Shown in pieces: positions 29,332-37,992 of a DNA stretch of 64,000 nucleotides. Position numbers and translations under genes: made by a program. The stretch is from NCBI GenBank assembly GCA_023957215.1, contig JAMLHH010000007.1, positions 20,768 through 84,767 on the forward strand, in the 5' to 3' direction. Under the pieces are notes generated by a model, which worked only from the letters and a program-made list of their open reading frames with translations, ran no database searches and was not told the DNA's origin. This stretch comes from Chitinophagales bacterium (lineage in GTDB: Bacteria; Bacteroidota; Bacteroidia; Chitinophagales; JADIYW01). Positions within the stretch are counted from its first letter, which is position 1. Each line of letters begins with the position of its first letter.

Positions 29332-29769
29332 ATGCTTGCAAAAGATTATCCTGCCAATGTACTAAGTCCACAGGATAAAGCAGATATGCTCATTGCAGTC
29401 AACCAACTCAGAAAAACCGGTTGTCAATGCGGAAATGAATATATGCCCTCCGTTTCTCTATTGAAATGGAATGAAGACTTGGAACGAGTGGCTTCCAATC
29501 AAGCTAACTATCTCAATGATAATCAAATCACTTCAAATGTCCATATCGGTAAAAATGGAGCTACTTTAAGAGAGAGATTGGATGTAGTCGGCTATAAGCT
29601 TTATTATGGCGCAGAGAATGTATCGTATAATAATTCTTCTTTATTGGACGTAGTAAAAGGATGGCAGCAAAGCCCAAATCATTGTAGAAACATGATGGGA
29701 GCTGTATATAAAATGATGGGAGCTGCAAGAGCCGGAGACTATTGGACACAGGTTTTTGGTGGAGAGTAG
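29332..29769 (+). CDS. CAP/SCP/PR1-like domain protein (no signal peptide as called)
   Basis: 145 aa. ...NQLRKTGCQCG...LKWNEDLERVASNQANYL...GWQQSPNHCRNMMG...AGDYWTQVFG is typical of bacterial CAP (YkwD-like) domains. Confidence 0.75.
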   Translation: MLAKDYPANVLSPQDKADMLIAVNQLRKTGCQCGNEYMPSVSLLKWNEDLERVASNQANYLNDNQITSNVHIGKNGATLRERLDVVGYKLYYGAENVSYNNSSLLDVVKGWQQSPNHCRNMMGAVYKMMGAARAGDYWTQVFGGE

Positions 29770-29771
29770 AA

Positions 29772-29827
29772 AATGTGATAATTTGACAATTTGAAAATTA
29801 ACAAATTTGAGAATGTGTATAAATGAT
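29772..29827 (+). repeat. 8-nt-periodic AT-rich array (about 7 units)
   Basis: aatgtgat aatttgac aatttgaa aattaaca aatttgag aatgtgta taaatgat. It starts 2 nt after the CAP-gene stop codon. Confidence 0.65.
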
Positions 29828-29955
29828 CAACCTTATTTAGGAAGTGACCAGTTACATAGTTCTTAGCTCTGTCGATAAATTAACTAAAGCTAAACGGAGG
29901 ATTTTATGATATACAGGGATATCATCGTAGCTTTGCATGTCAAAAATAAAGAACT

Positions 29956-31764
29956 ATGTATATACTCGTTGTCAATACCGGAAGCTCGTCTATCAAGGCA
30001 GATATTTTGGCTTTCCCGGAGCGAAAGCTGGTACATTCGATGAAGGTGGAAAGGATAGGTCTGACACCTGAGGGTGAAATCAATGGGAAAAAAATAGATT
30101 GCGGTGAATCAAAAGAGGTTTCGGATGTGATTAGGCATACTTTAAAGCAGATGATAGATACATGGGATGGTAAAATTGATGGAATAGGGCATAGAGTTGT
30201 GCATGGTGGTTCTAAATATTCGCAACCGGTTTTTATAAACGAAGATGTGAAAGCGACTATACGCAAGATGTTTTCCTTGGCTCCGTTACATAATCCAAGC
30301 AACCTTTTAGGAATAGAAATTTGTGAGGAATTGTTGCCGGATGTGCATCAAGTAGCAGTTTTTGATACGGCATTTCATAGAAGTATTCCAAAAAGAGCGC
30401 AGTATTATGCAATCGACAAAAAACTTTCAGATGAGAAAGAGATTTACAGATACGGTTTTCACGGGACGAGCCATCATTATGTATCTCGATTAGCAGGTGA
30501 TTACTTGAAAAGAGATGTCAGAGACTTGAAAATAATTACTTGCCACTTGGGGAATGGTGGCAGTGTTACAGCCGTGGAGTATGGTCGTTCGATAGAGACA
30601 TCTATGGGGATGTCTGCTTTGGAAGGTTTGATGATGGGTACGCGCTCCGGTGACTTAGATCCCGGTATAATCACATACTTATTGGAGAATGGATATGATA
30701 CAAAGCAAATAGATGATTTGCTCTATAACAAAAGCGGACTTTTGGGTGTGAGTGGCAAGACAAGCGATATGAGAGAAATCCTTGAAGGCGCTGAATCCGG
30801 AGATGATAGCTGTCGTTTGGCTTTGCAGATTTATACGCATAGAGTGAGGAAATATATCGGTGCTTATGCAGCAGCGATGGGCGGAGTAGATGCTATTGTA
30901 TTTACTGCAGGTATCGGTGAAAATAGTGCCGTAGTCAGACATAGAACTTTACAACGATTTGATTATTTGGGGGCTATTTTTGATGAGGATTTGAATAGAG
31001 ATGTGAAATTGACACCTGAAAACCCTGTCGCTGAGTTTTCTGCTCCGAATAGTAGGGTAAAACTTTTGGCTATACATACAGATGAGCAACTTGCAATAGC
31101 TGTCAGAGCTGAAAAAATGATAGCTGAAAAGTACAAGGTTACAGAGACTATCCGTACTATACCTATTGCTATTTCTGCAAGACATGTACACCTGACACAA
31201 GAGACAGTCGATATCTTGTTTGGCAAAGGTCATCAATTGACTCCATACAAACCACTCTCCCAACCTGGACAGTTTGCCTGTGAGGAAATGGTCACTTTGG
31301 TAGGACCTAAAAATAAAATAGAAAGAGTGAGAGTTTTAGGACCGGTGAGAACTTATAATCAAGTGGAAATCGCTCGCACAGACGAATTTTTCTTGGGTGT
31401 GGATGCTCCTGTGAGGGAATCGGGACATATACAAGGTTCGCCGGGTATCACTTTGGAAACCGAATATGGAACTGTCACATTGAAAGAAGGTCTTATCTGT
31501 GCATTGCGTCATATACACATGCATCCTGATGATGCGGAATACTTCGGTGTGAGCGATCAAGATGTGGTAGAAGTGGATGTGGAGGATGAGGTGAGACCTG
31601 TTACATTTAAGAATGTGGTGATTCGTGTCTCTGATAAGTTTAAATTAGAGATGCATATTGATACCGATGAAGGCAATGCTGCTGAAATTACGAATGGCAC
31701 TCGCAATGAGGGTGTATTATCTTTGACGGGTTCGACTTGTAAGTTGAGGAAGAAAGCGGTTTAG
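29956..31764 (+). CDS. ackA: Fusion protein: acetate/propionate kinase (N-terminal, about aa 1-397) plus PduL-type phosphate acyltransferase (C-terminal, about aa 398-602)
   Basis: The N-terminus MYILVVNTGSSSIKADILAF..., ...GHRVVHGG..., ...PLHNP... and ...YGFHGTSH...TCHLGNGGS...TAGIGENS... are canonical AckA. From nt ~31147 the sequence reads TIPIAISARHVHLTQETVDILFGKGHQL...LSQPGQFACEE...RVLGPVRTYNQVEIARTDEFFLG...APVRESGHIQGSPG...CALRHIHMHPDDAEYFGV...KLEMHIDTDEGNAAE, which are both halves of PduL (PTAC). There is no stop between the two parts. Confidence 0.9.
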   Translation: MYILVVNTGSSSIKADILAFPERKLVHSMKVERIGLTPEGEINGKKIDCGESKEVSDVIRHTLKQMIDTWDGKIDGIGHRVVHGGSKYSQPVFINEDVKATIRKMFSLAPLHNPSNLLGIEICEELLPDVHQVAVFDTAFHRSIPKRAQYYAIDKKLSDEKEIYRYGFHGTSHHYVSRLAGDYLKRDVRDLKIITCHLGNGGSVTAVEYGRSIETSMGMSALEGLMMGTRSGDLDPGIITYLLENGYDTKQIDDLLYNKSGLLGVSGKTSDMREILEGAESGDDSCRLALQIYTHRVRKYIGAYAAAMGGVDAIVFTAGIGENSAVVRHRTLQRFDYLGAIFDEDLNRDVKLTPENPVAEFSAPNSRVKLLAIHTDEQLAIAVRAEKMIAEKYKVTETIRTIPIAISARHVHLTQETVDILFGKGHQLTPYKPLSQPGQFACEEMVTLVGPKNKIERVRVLGPVRTYNQVEIARTDEFFLGVDAPVRESGHIQGSPGITLETEYGTVTLKEGLICALRHIHMHPDDAEYFGVSDQDVVEVDVEDEVRPVTFKNVVIRVSDKFKLEMHIDTDEGNAAEITNGTRNEGVLSLTGSTCKLRKKAV

Positions 31765-31766
31765 TT

Positions 31767-31854
31767 AATTAGCGAATTAGCAAATTTGGAAATGTGATAA
31801 TGTATCGATGTGCCGATGTATCAATGTATCAATGTATCAATGCATCAATGTGGT
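31767..31854 (+). repeat. Tandem array of 11 octamers (AATTWGNN grading into RATGTATC)
   Basis: aattagcg aattagca aatttgga aatgtgat aatgtatc gatgtgcc gatgtatc aatgtatc aatgtatc aatgcatc aatgtggt. It starts 2 nt after the ackA-pduL stop codon. Confidence 0.85.
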
Positions 31855-31896
31855 AGATTTTTAAGTACAAAGTTAGAATTACGGGGTACGAGTTTT

Positions 31897-31935
31897 CTTT
31901 GTGAACTTTGCGCTTCCTTTGTGAACTTTGTGGTT
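31897..31935 (-). repeat. Reverse-orientation copy of the CRCAAAG x4 dispersed element
   Basis: The plus strand reads ctttgtgaactttgcgcttcctttgtgaactttgtggtt. Its reverse complement aligns with 12521-12561 at roughly 85 percent identity by eye. Confidence 0.75.
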
Positions 31936-32012
31936 ATTAAAAAAGATACTCGAAATGTCGAGGTTAGAATTACGAAGTCTAAAAATTGTACTGATAACAA
32001 GTTAACAGACCT

Positions 32013-33191
32013 CTAAACTATCTTTCCTTTCTTCTTCAGTTCTGCGATTTTTTCATCAGAATAACCAAGTGATTTTAAGATGTCTGTATTGTCTTCACCT
32101 AACATCGGTGCTGCCCAACCGGGATTTTTCTTATTACCATTGTATTTGATAGGTTGCGCAATATTTTTAAACTTTCCATAGGCGGGATGGACGTGTTCTA
32201 CAAACATCTTTCTATTTTGAAGATATTCATCAGATTCTAATTCATCCATCTCCAAAATGCCTGTCAAGCAGATGTCTGAGTTTTCTGCAAACTGTACCCA
32301 CTCATCTCTGTCTTTTTCCAAAAACAGTGCTTTTAAAACTTCTTTCATAGAAGGATCAAACATTTTCGCTATCCAATCCGGTTTTTGCAGCAATTCACAG
32401 AATCCTTTCCAGAATTTCGGTTCTAACGCACCCAAAGAAATCCATTTGCCGTCTTTGCATTGATAGATATTATAATTTGGAATAGAACCTGCTAAGACGT
32501 GTTCTTGTCTTTGATAGGTCTTTTGTGAGTTGAGTACTTCACCCATATAGATGGATAAAAGTGGAACAGAACAATCTACCATTGCCACGTCAACATGCTG
32601 ACCTTTGCCGGTCGTGTGTTTGGAAATAATGGCGGATAAGCATGCCATGACGGTAGGATAGGAGCCGCCTGCGATATCTGAGATTTGCACACCCGGTTGG
32701 ATAATTTCGTCAGGTTTCCCATTGGTAGATAAAATACCGGCTCTACCGAGATAATTGATATCATGTCCTGCTTTATTGGAAAGAGGAGAATCATATCCAT
32801 ATCCGGTGATAGAAACGTATATGATATCTTCTTTGACTTTTTTAGCTGATTCGTAATCAATGCCTATTTTCTCCATGACACCCGGTCTGAAAGAATCTAT
32901 CACGATATCGGCTGTTTTGAGCACATCCCAAAAAATATTTTTCCCTTCTTCGGAGTTTAAATCTACTGCCAAACTTCGTTTGGAGCGATTCACGGATAAA
33001 AATGTCAGACCTACACCATTGTATTGCGGTGGCATAAAACGTGCATAATCAGGCGAGATGATGTTTTCAAATTTGATGACATCTGCTCCCATATCTGCAA
33101 GCAATTGTGTAGCCAAAGGGCCGGGAAGCAATCTTGTTAAATCTATAATGGTGATACCTTTTAGAGGTCCTTCTTTTTCTGGTCTGTTCAT
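32013..33191 (-). CDS. Family III CoA-transferase (CaiB/BaiF; alpha-methylacyl-CoA racemase-like)
   Basis: 392 aa. ...GPLKGITIIDLTRLLPGPLATQLLADMGADVIKFE... and ...SITGYG...GHDINY... are typical of the CoA-transferase III family. Confidence 0.88.
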   Translation of the reverse strand: MNRPEKEGPLKGITIIDLTRLLPGPLATQLLADMGADVIKFENIISPDYARFMPPQYNGVGLTFLSVNRSKRSLAVDLNSEEGKNIFWDVLKTADIVIDSFRPGVMEKIGIDYESAKKVKEDIIYVSITGYGYDSPLSNKAGHDINYLGRAGILSTNGKPDEIIQPGVQISDIAGGSYPTVMACLSAIISKHTTGKGQHVDVAMVDCSVPLLSIYMGEVLNSQKTYQRQEHVLAGSIPNYNIYQCKDGKWISLGALEPKFWKGFCELLQKPDWIAKMFDPSMKEVLKALFLEKDRDEWVQFAENSDICLTGILEMDELESDEYLQNRKMFVEHVHPAYGKFKNIAQPIKYNGNKKNPGWAAPMLGEDNTDILKSLGYSDEKIAELKKKGKIV

Positions 33192-33333
33192 AAGTTTAAA
33201 AATAGCTGAAAATTTATAACCAAAAAACTTTTAGTTGCTTATTCAAAGAAAATATTTAAAGCGACCACTTTTTAACGCTTTGTGAATAAATACATTTTAT
33301 CTATATCTTTCAGTTTCATATTTTTACACCTGT

Positions 33334-36108
33334 ATGGAAGAAATGGACAATCAATCTTTACCCGAAAAATCATCTCAAGACGAATCTGTTGTGTTTATCA
33401 ACGGAATGTACAAAGACTGGTTTTTGGATTATGCATCTTATGTCATCTTGGAACGTGCTGTGCCGGCTGTATTAGACGGGACTAAACCTGTACAAAGGAG
33501 GATATTGCATGCCATGAAAGAATTGGATGACGGGCGATATAATAAAGTCGCTAATATCATCGGTAGTACCATGCAATACCATCCACACGGTGATGCTTCC
33601 ATTGGTGATGCAATCGTCAATTTGGGTCAAAAAGATTTGCTGATAGACTGTCAAGGAAACTGGGGAGATATCCGTACAGGTGACAGTGCCGCAGCTCCGA
33701 GATATATAGAGGCAAGATTGTCGAAATTTGCTTTGGAGGTTGCTTTTAATCCTGAAACCACAGAATGGCAGCTTTCTTATGATGGTAGGAAAAAAGAGCC
33801 GGTCAATCTGCCGATGAAATTTCCGCTTTTATTGGCTCAAGGTGCAGATGGTATTGCAGTGGGTTTGTCCACTAAGGTCTTACCGCACAACTTTATTGAG
33901 TTGATAGATGCTTCAATTGCCTATCTGAAAAAGAAACCTTTTACACTTTATCCCGACTTCCTAACCGGAGGTATGGTGGATTGTAGAAACTACAATGATG
34001 GCAAGCGTGGGGGTAAAATTAGAGTTAGAGCAAAGATTGAAATAAAGGACAGAAAGACACTGGCAATCACGGAGATACCGTATTCTGCCACAACTACAAG
34101 TTTAATCGAATCTATTTTAAAAGCAAACGATAAAGGCAAGATAAAAATTAAAAAAGTAGTTGATAATACTGCCAAAGACGTAGAGATTTTAATCGAGTTG
34201 CAGCCCAATGTTTCTACCAGTGTGACAGTGGATGCCTTGTACGCTTTTACAGATTGTGAAGTATCTATTTCTCCCAATACTTGTGTGATAGTCGAAGACA
34301 AGCCTATGTTTTTGGGTGCAAGTGATGTGTTGAAAATTTGCACGGACAGCACGGTTCATCTCCTAAAAAGAGAGTTGGAAATCAAGTTACACGCCCTTCA
34401 AGAGAAATGGCATTTTTCGAGTTTGGAAAAGATATTTATCGAAAACAGAATCTATCGCGATATTGAAGAATGTGAAACTTGGGAATCTGTTATCGAGACG
34501 ATAGACAAAGGTTTAGATCTTTTCAAACATCTACTTTTTAGAGAAGTGACAGAAGACGATATCATCAGGTTGACAGAAATTAAAATCAAGCGTATTTCCA
34601 AATTTGACAGTTTCAGGGCGGATGAACTTATCAAGCAATTGGAAACAGATATTGCAGAAGTCAAACATCATTTGGAGCATCTGATTGAATATGCAATAGA
34701 TTATTTCAAAAATCTAAAAGATAAATACGGAAAAGGCCGGGAACGCAAGACGGAAATTACCGCATTTGACCAAGTAGAAGTTAAACAAGTGGCTGCCAAT
34801 AACGAAAAACTGTATGTAGATAGAAAAGAAGGTTTTATCGGTTATGGCAAAGATATGAAGAAGGAAGAGTATATCATGGACTGCTCGGATATTGACGATA
34901 TCATCGTCTTTTTAAAGAGTGGTGTGTATCAAGTGACGACAGTCAAGGACAAAGTCTTTGTGGGCAAGGATATTTTGTATGTCAGTGTTTGGAATCGGGG
35001 TGATGAACGCATGGTGTATAATGCCATTTATTTGGATGGAAAATCGGGTGTGACATATTCTAAACGATTTAATGTCCAAGGTGTCACGCGTGATAAAGAA
35101 TACGATATTACTACCGGTACTCCAAGGTCAAAACTATTTTATTTTTCTGCAAATCCCAATGGTGAAGCCGAAACCGTCAATGTACTTCTTTCACAAGGTT
35201 GTAAAGCCAAAAAGAAGAATTTTGAATATGATTTCTCTACTTTGGATATCAAAGGAAAAAGCTCGAGAGGTAATCAAGTGACCAAATATCCTGTCAGAAG
35301 GATAGATTTAAAATCTGCCGGTGTTTCTACTTTGGGTGGTTTGGATATTTATTTGGATGAAACTGTAGGACGACTTAATAAGGATGAACGAGGACGGTAT
35401 CTCGGAAATTTTGAAGGTGAAGATTTGATTTTGGTGATATTCAATACAGGTGAATATATGCTCACTAACTTTGAACTCACGAATCGTTATGAAATGAAAG
35501 ACATCGTTTTGATAGAAAAATTTGATGCCGAAAAGGTAATCACTGCTATTCATTTTTACCCATCTAAAAAATGTAATTATGTCAAAAGATTCCAGATAGA
35601 AACTTCCACTTTGGATCAACGATTTAGTTTTATCACAGATGAACCCAAAGCTGAATTGGTATTTGCTACGACCGCTTTAGAACCGGTGGTGAAATACAAT
35701 TTATCCTCTAAAGACAAAACTACCTCTGCCGAAGAGGTGGCATTGGAAGAAATTGTTGATGTGAAAGGCTGGAAAGCAGTAGGAAATAAATTGGTGGCAG
35801 GTCAAATCAAAAAAATAGAATTGATAGGTCAAAAACTTGTAGAGGAAGAAGTGGAGGAGGATGAAAATGTAGAATCCGCTCTATCTGATGACATTACGAC
35901 TGAAAAAGATAAACAGGTGACTGAAAACCCATCTGTACCAACTGAAACAAAAGAGAATATAGAATCTCATATAGAAGTGAAGGAGGTGGATGAATTTGAG
36001 CTAACGGAAGAAATCGCCCGAAGAAGAAAAGAAGCGCAAGCGAAAACAAAAAAGGAAGATAAGCCTTTAGATAATATTGATGAAAATGGTCAGACGTCTT
36101 TGTTTTAA
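33334..36108 (+). CDS. parC: DNA topoisomerase IV subunit A (Bacteroidota type) with an acidic/Lys-rich C-terminal tail
   Basis: 924 aa. ...FLDYASYVILERAVPAVLDGTKPVQRRILHAM...QYHPHGDASIGDAIVNLGQ...AAPRYIEARL... is the GyrA/ParC N-terminal domain with the catalytic Tyr region. Confidence 0.9.
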   Translation: MEEMDNQSLPEKSSQDESVVFINGMYKDWFLDYASYVILERAVPAVLDGTKPVQRRILHAMKELDDGRYNKVANIIGSTMQYHPHGDASIGDAIVNLGQKDLLIDCQGNWGDIRTGDSAAAPRYIEARLSKFALEVAFNPETTEWQLSYDGRKKEPVNLPMKFPLLLAQGADGIAVGLSTKVLPHNFIELIDASIAYLKKKPFTLYPDFLTGGMVDCRNYNDGKRGGKIRVRAKIEIKDRKTLAITEIPYSATTTSLIESILKANDKGKIKIKKVVDNTAKDVEILIELQPNVSTSVTVDALYAFTDCEVSISPNTCVIVEDKPMFLGASDVLKICTDSTVHLLKRELEIKLHALQEKWHFSSLEKIFIENRIYRDIEECETWESVIETIDKGLDLFKHLLFREVTEDDIIRLTEIKIKRISKFDSFRADELIKQLETDIAEVKHHLEHLIEYAIDYFKNLKDKYGKGRERKTEITAFDQVEVKQVAANNEKLYVDRKEGFIGYGKDMKKEEYIMDCSDIDDIIVFLKSGVYQVTTVKDKVFVGKDILYVSVWNRGDERMVYNAIYLDGKSGVTYSKRFNVQGVTRDKEYDITTGTPRSKLFYFSANPNGEAETVNVLLSQGCKAKKKNFEYDFSTLDIKGKSSRGNQVTKYPVRRIDLKSAGVSTLGGLDIYLDETVGRLNKDERGRYLGNFEGEDLILVIFNTGEYMLTNFELTNRYEMKDIVLIEKFDAEKVITAIHFYPSKKCNYVKRFQIETSTLDQRFSFITDEPKAELVFATTALEPVVKYNLSSKDKTTSAEEVALEEIVDVKGWKAVGNKLVAGQIKKIELIGQKLVEEEVEEDENVESALSDDITTEKDKQVTENPSVPTETKENIESHIEVKEVDEFELTEEIARRRKEAQAKTKKEDKPLDNIDENGQTSLF

Positions 36109-36304
36109 GAGGTTGACTAAGTAAAAGTAACAATGTACCTATCTCCGTCCCGGTCATTGACGGTTCAAGAATTATTAGGTTAGCCTAAGGATAAATAATT
36201 ATCTTTATAATGATATAAACTGATGCCAAAGAAGAAGAGGTGAACTAATTCTAAAATTAATGCTTTAAAAAATTGTAAACTCTTATTTGGATTTTTATAT
36301 TTAC

Positions 36305-36314
36305 CAAACGTTTG
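36305..36314. promoter_or_regulatory. Perfect 10-bp palindrome CAAACGTTTG upstream of the ACAD gene (possible operator)
   Basis: Self-complementary decamer 34 nt upstream of the ATG at 36348. I can tie no regulator to it. Confidence 0.2.
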
Positions 36315-36347
36315 TTCAAATATAAATAAAATATAAATAATATAGAT

Positions 36348-37949
36348 ATGAAATCATTTTATTTCAATGAAGACCATCAAATCTTTAGAGAATCTGTCAA
36401 AGATTTTGTCAATAAAGAAATCAAGCCCTACGCTGATGAATGGGAGAAACAAGAGAAAATACCGAGGTCACTTTTTAAGAAATTGGGAAATCAAGGTTTA
36501 TTAGGTATCAACCACGATGAGAAATATGGCGGTGCCGGTGCAGATATTTTTTATACAATTGCCTACTTGGAAGATCTGGCAAAGTGTACCTATTCCGGCG
36601 TTTGTGCTGCTGTATCGGTACATCAATACATGGCTACTAACCATCTTTCGGAAGCAGGTAGTGATGAATTGAAAGAAAGATTTTTGAGACCGGCTATTGC
36701 GGGTGATAAAGTAGGAGCTATTGCGATTACAGAACCTTTTGGTGGCTCAGATGTGCAAGCTATCAAAACGACTGCCGTATTGGAGGAAGATTATTATGTG
36801 ATTAACGGTTCTAAAACTTTTATTACCAATGGGCACTTTGCAGATTTTGTCGTGGTGGCATGTCGTACAAGTGCAGATGCAGGTATCAATGGCATCAGTC
36901 TGATAGTCGTCGAACGTGGAACGAAAGGTTTCACCTCTTCACAATTAAAGAAAATCGGTTGGCATTCGTCAGATACCGGAGAATTGGCTTTTGATAATGT
37001 AAAAGTCCCAAAAGAAAACTTAGTCGGCAAGGAAGGAATGGGCTTCTTTTATATCATGGAAAGTTTTCAGGGATGAGGTAAGCACAATGATAAGTGAACT
37101 TAATAAGGCTTCTTTTATATCATGGAAAGTTTTCAGGTGGAAAGATTAGTAGCAGCAATTTTTGGAGTGGGAGGTAGCGATGCCTGTTTAGATTTTACTT
37201 TGAAATACATGAACGAGCGTGAAGCTTTCGGGAAAAAAATCAAAAAGTTTCAGGTGTTGAGACATGAAATGGTGCAATTACATACTGAATTGGAAGCAGG
37301 AAGGCAATTGACTTATCACACCGCTTGGTTGATGCAAAATGGTGAAGTGCCGGTCAAAGAATGTACGATGGCTAAGCTGTATATGACCGAATTGGGAAAT
37401 AAGATAGTAGATAAGTGTTTGCAAATGTTTGGCGGATACGGTTATATGGAAGATTTCCCTATTGCCCGGGCATATAGAGATTCGCGCGTAGGAACGATAG
37501 TCGGAGGTACTTCACAGATTATGAGAGAAATATTGGCTAAAATTATCATTGATGATACTAAATACAAAAAAGTATATAGTGAAGATGAAAATGTTGAGAA
37601 AGCAGGACTCCCTTGGGGCAAACCTGAAACTGCAAGAGAGATCATCGAATCTATTCCATTGAGATTGAAAAAGGACAAGGCAAAAGGTTATAAAACTTTG
37701 TTCCATTTTGACATTTCCGGTGATACAGGTGGACAGTTTACCGTAAAAATAGAAGATGGTGTGGCACTCGTTACGAATGGTCTAAGTGGTGATGCAGATT
37801 GTACTGTCACGGCAGAGGATACCGTCTATGCAGATGTAGAACTCGGAAAAACAAGTCCTGAAATGGCATTTATGAGTGGTCAAATTAAGGTAAATAATCT
37901 GGGTGCTATGATGCAGTTTGTCCGATACTTCAAGAAAGTAACGGGATAG
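36348..37949 (+). pseudogene. Acyl-CoA dehydrogenase with a C-terminal SCP2 sterol-carrier domain, interrupted by a 66-nt insertion
   Basis: ORFs 36348-37076 and 37122-37949 are the N- and C-terminal parts of one ACAD (...AIAITEPFGGSDV...INGSKTFITNG... / ...MFGGYGYMEDFPIARAYRDSRVGTIVGGTSQIMREI...). The tail ...FHFDISGDTGGQFTVKI...SPEMAFMSGQIKVNNLGAMMQF... is SCP2-like. The break lies exactly at the duplicated 31-mer. Confidence 0.85.
37041..37137 (+). repeat. Perfect 31-nt direct repeat pair flanking a 35-nt stop-rich spacer inside the ACAD gene
   Basis: ggcttcttttatatcatggaaagttttcagg occurs at 37041-37071 and again at 37107-37137. The spacer is gatgaggtaagcacaatgataagtgaacttaataa. Confidence 0.95.
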
Positions 37950-37966
37950 CCGAAAAATTAAAAAAT

Positions 37967-37992
37967 GGGGGAAAAGTGACTTTTCATCCCCC
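37967..37992 (-). terminator. Rho-independent terminator oriented for minus-strand transcripts
   Basis: Hairpin ggggg-aaaagt-g-actttt-cat-ccccc. On the minus strand it is followed by attttttaattttt. On the plus strand no T-run follows. Confidence 0.5.

Noticed and set aside
37072-37106. The 35-nt spacer in the ACAD gene contains ag/gtaagc and ends ...taataag/g, resembling eukaryotic 5' and 3' splice sites. I considered an intron or intein.
   Set aside because: The genome context is clearly bacterial. 66 nt is far too short for a group I or II intron or an intein. The perfect 31-nt duplication points to a DNA-level event.
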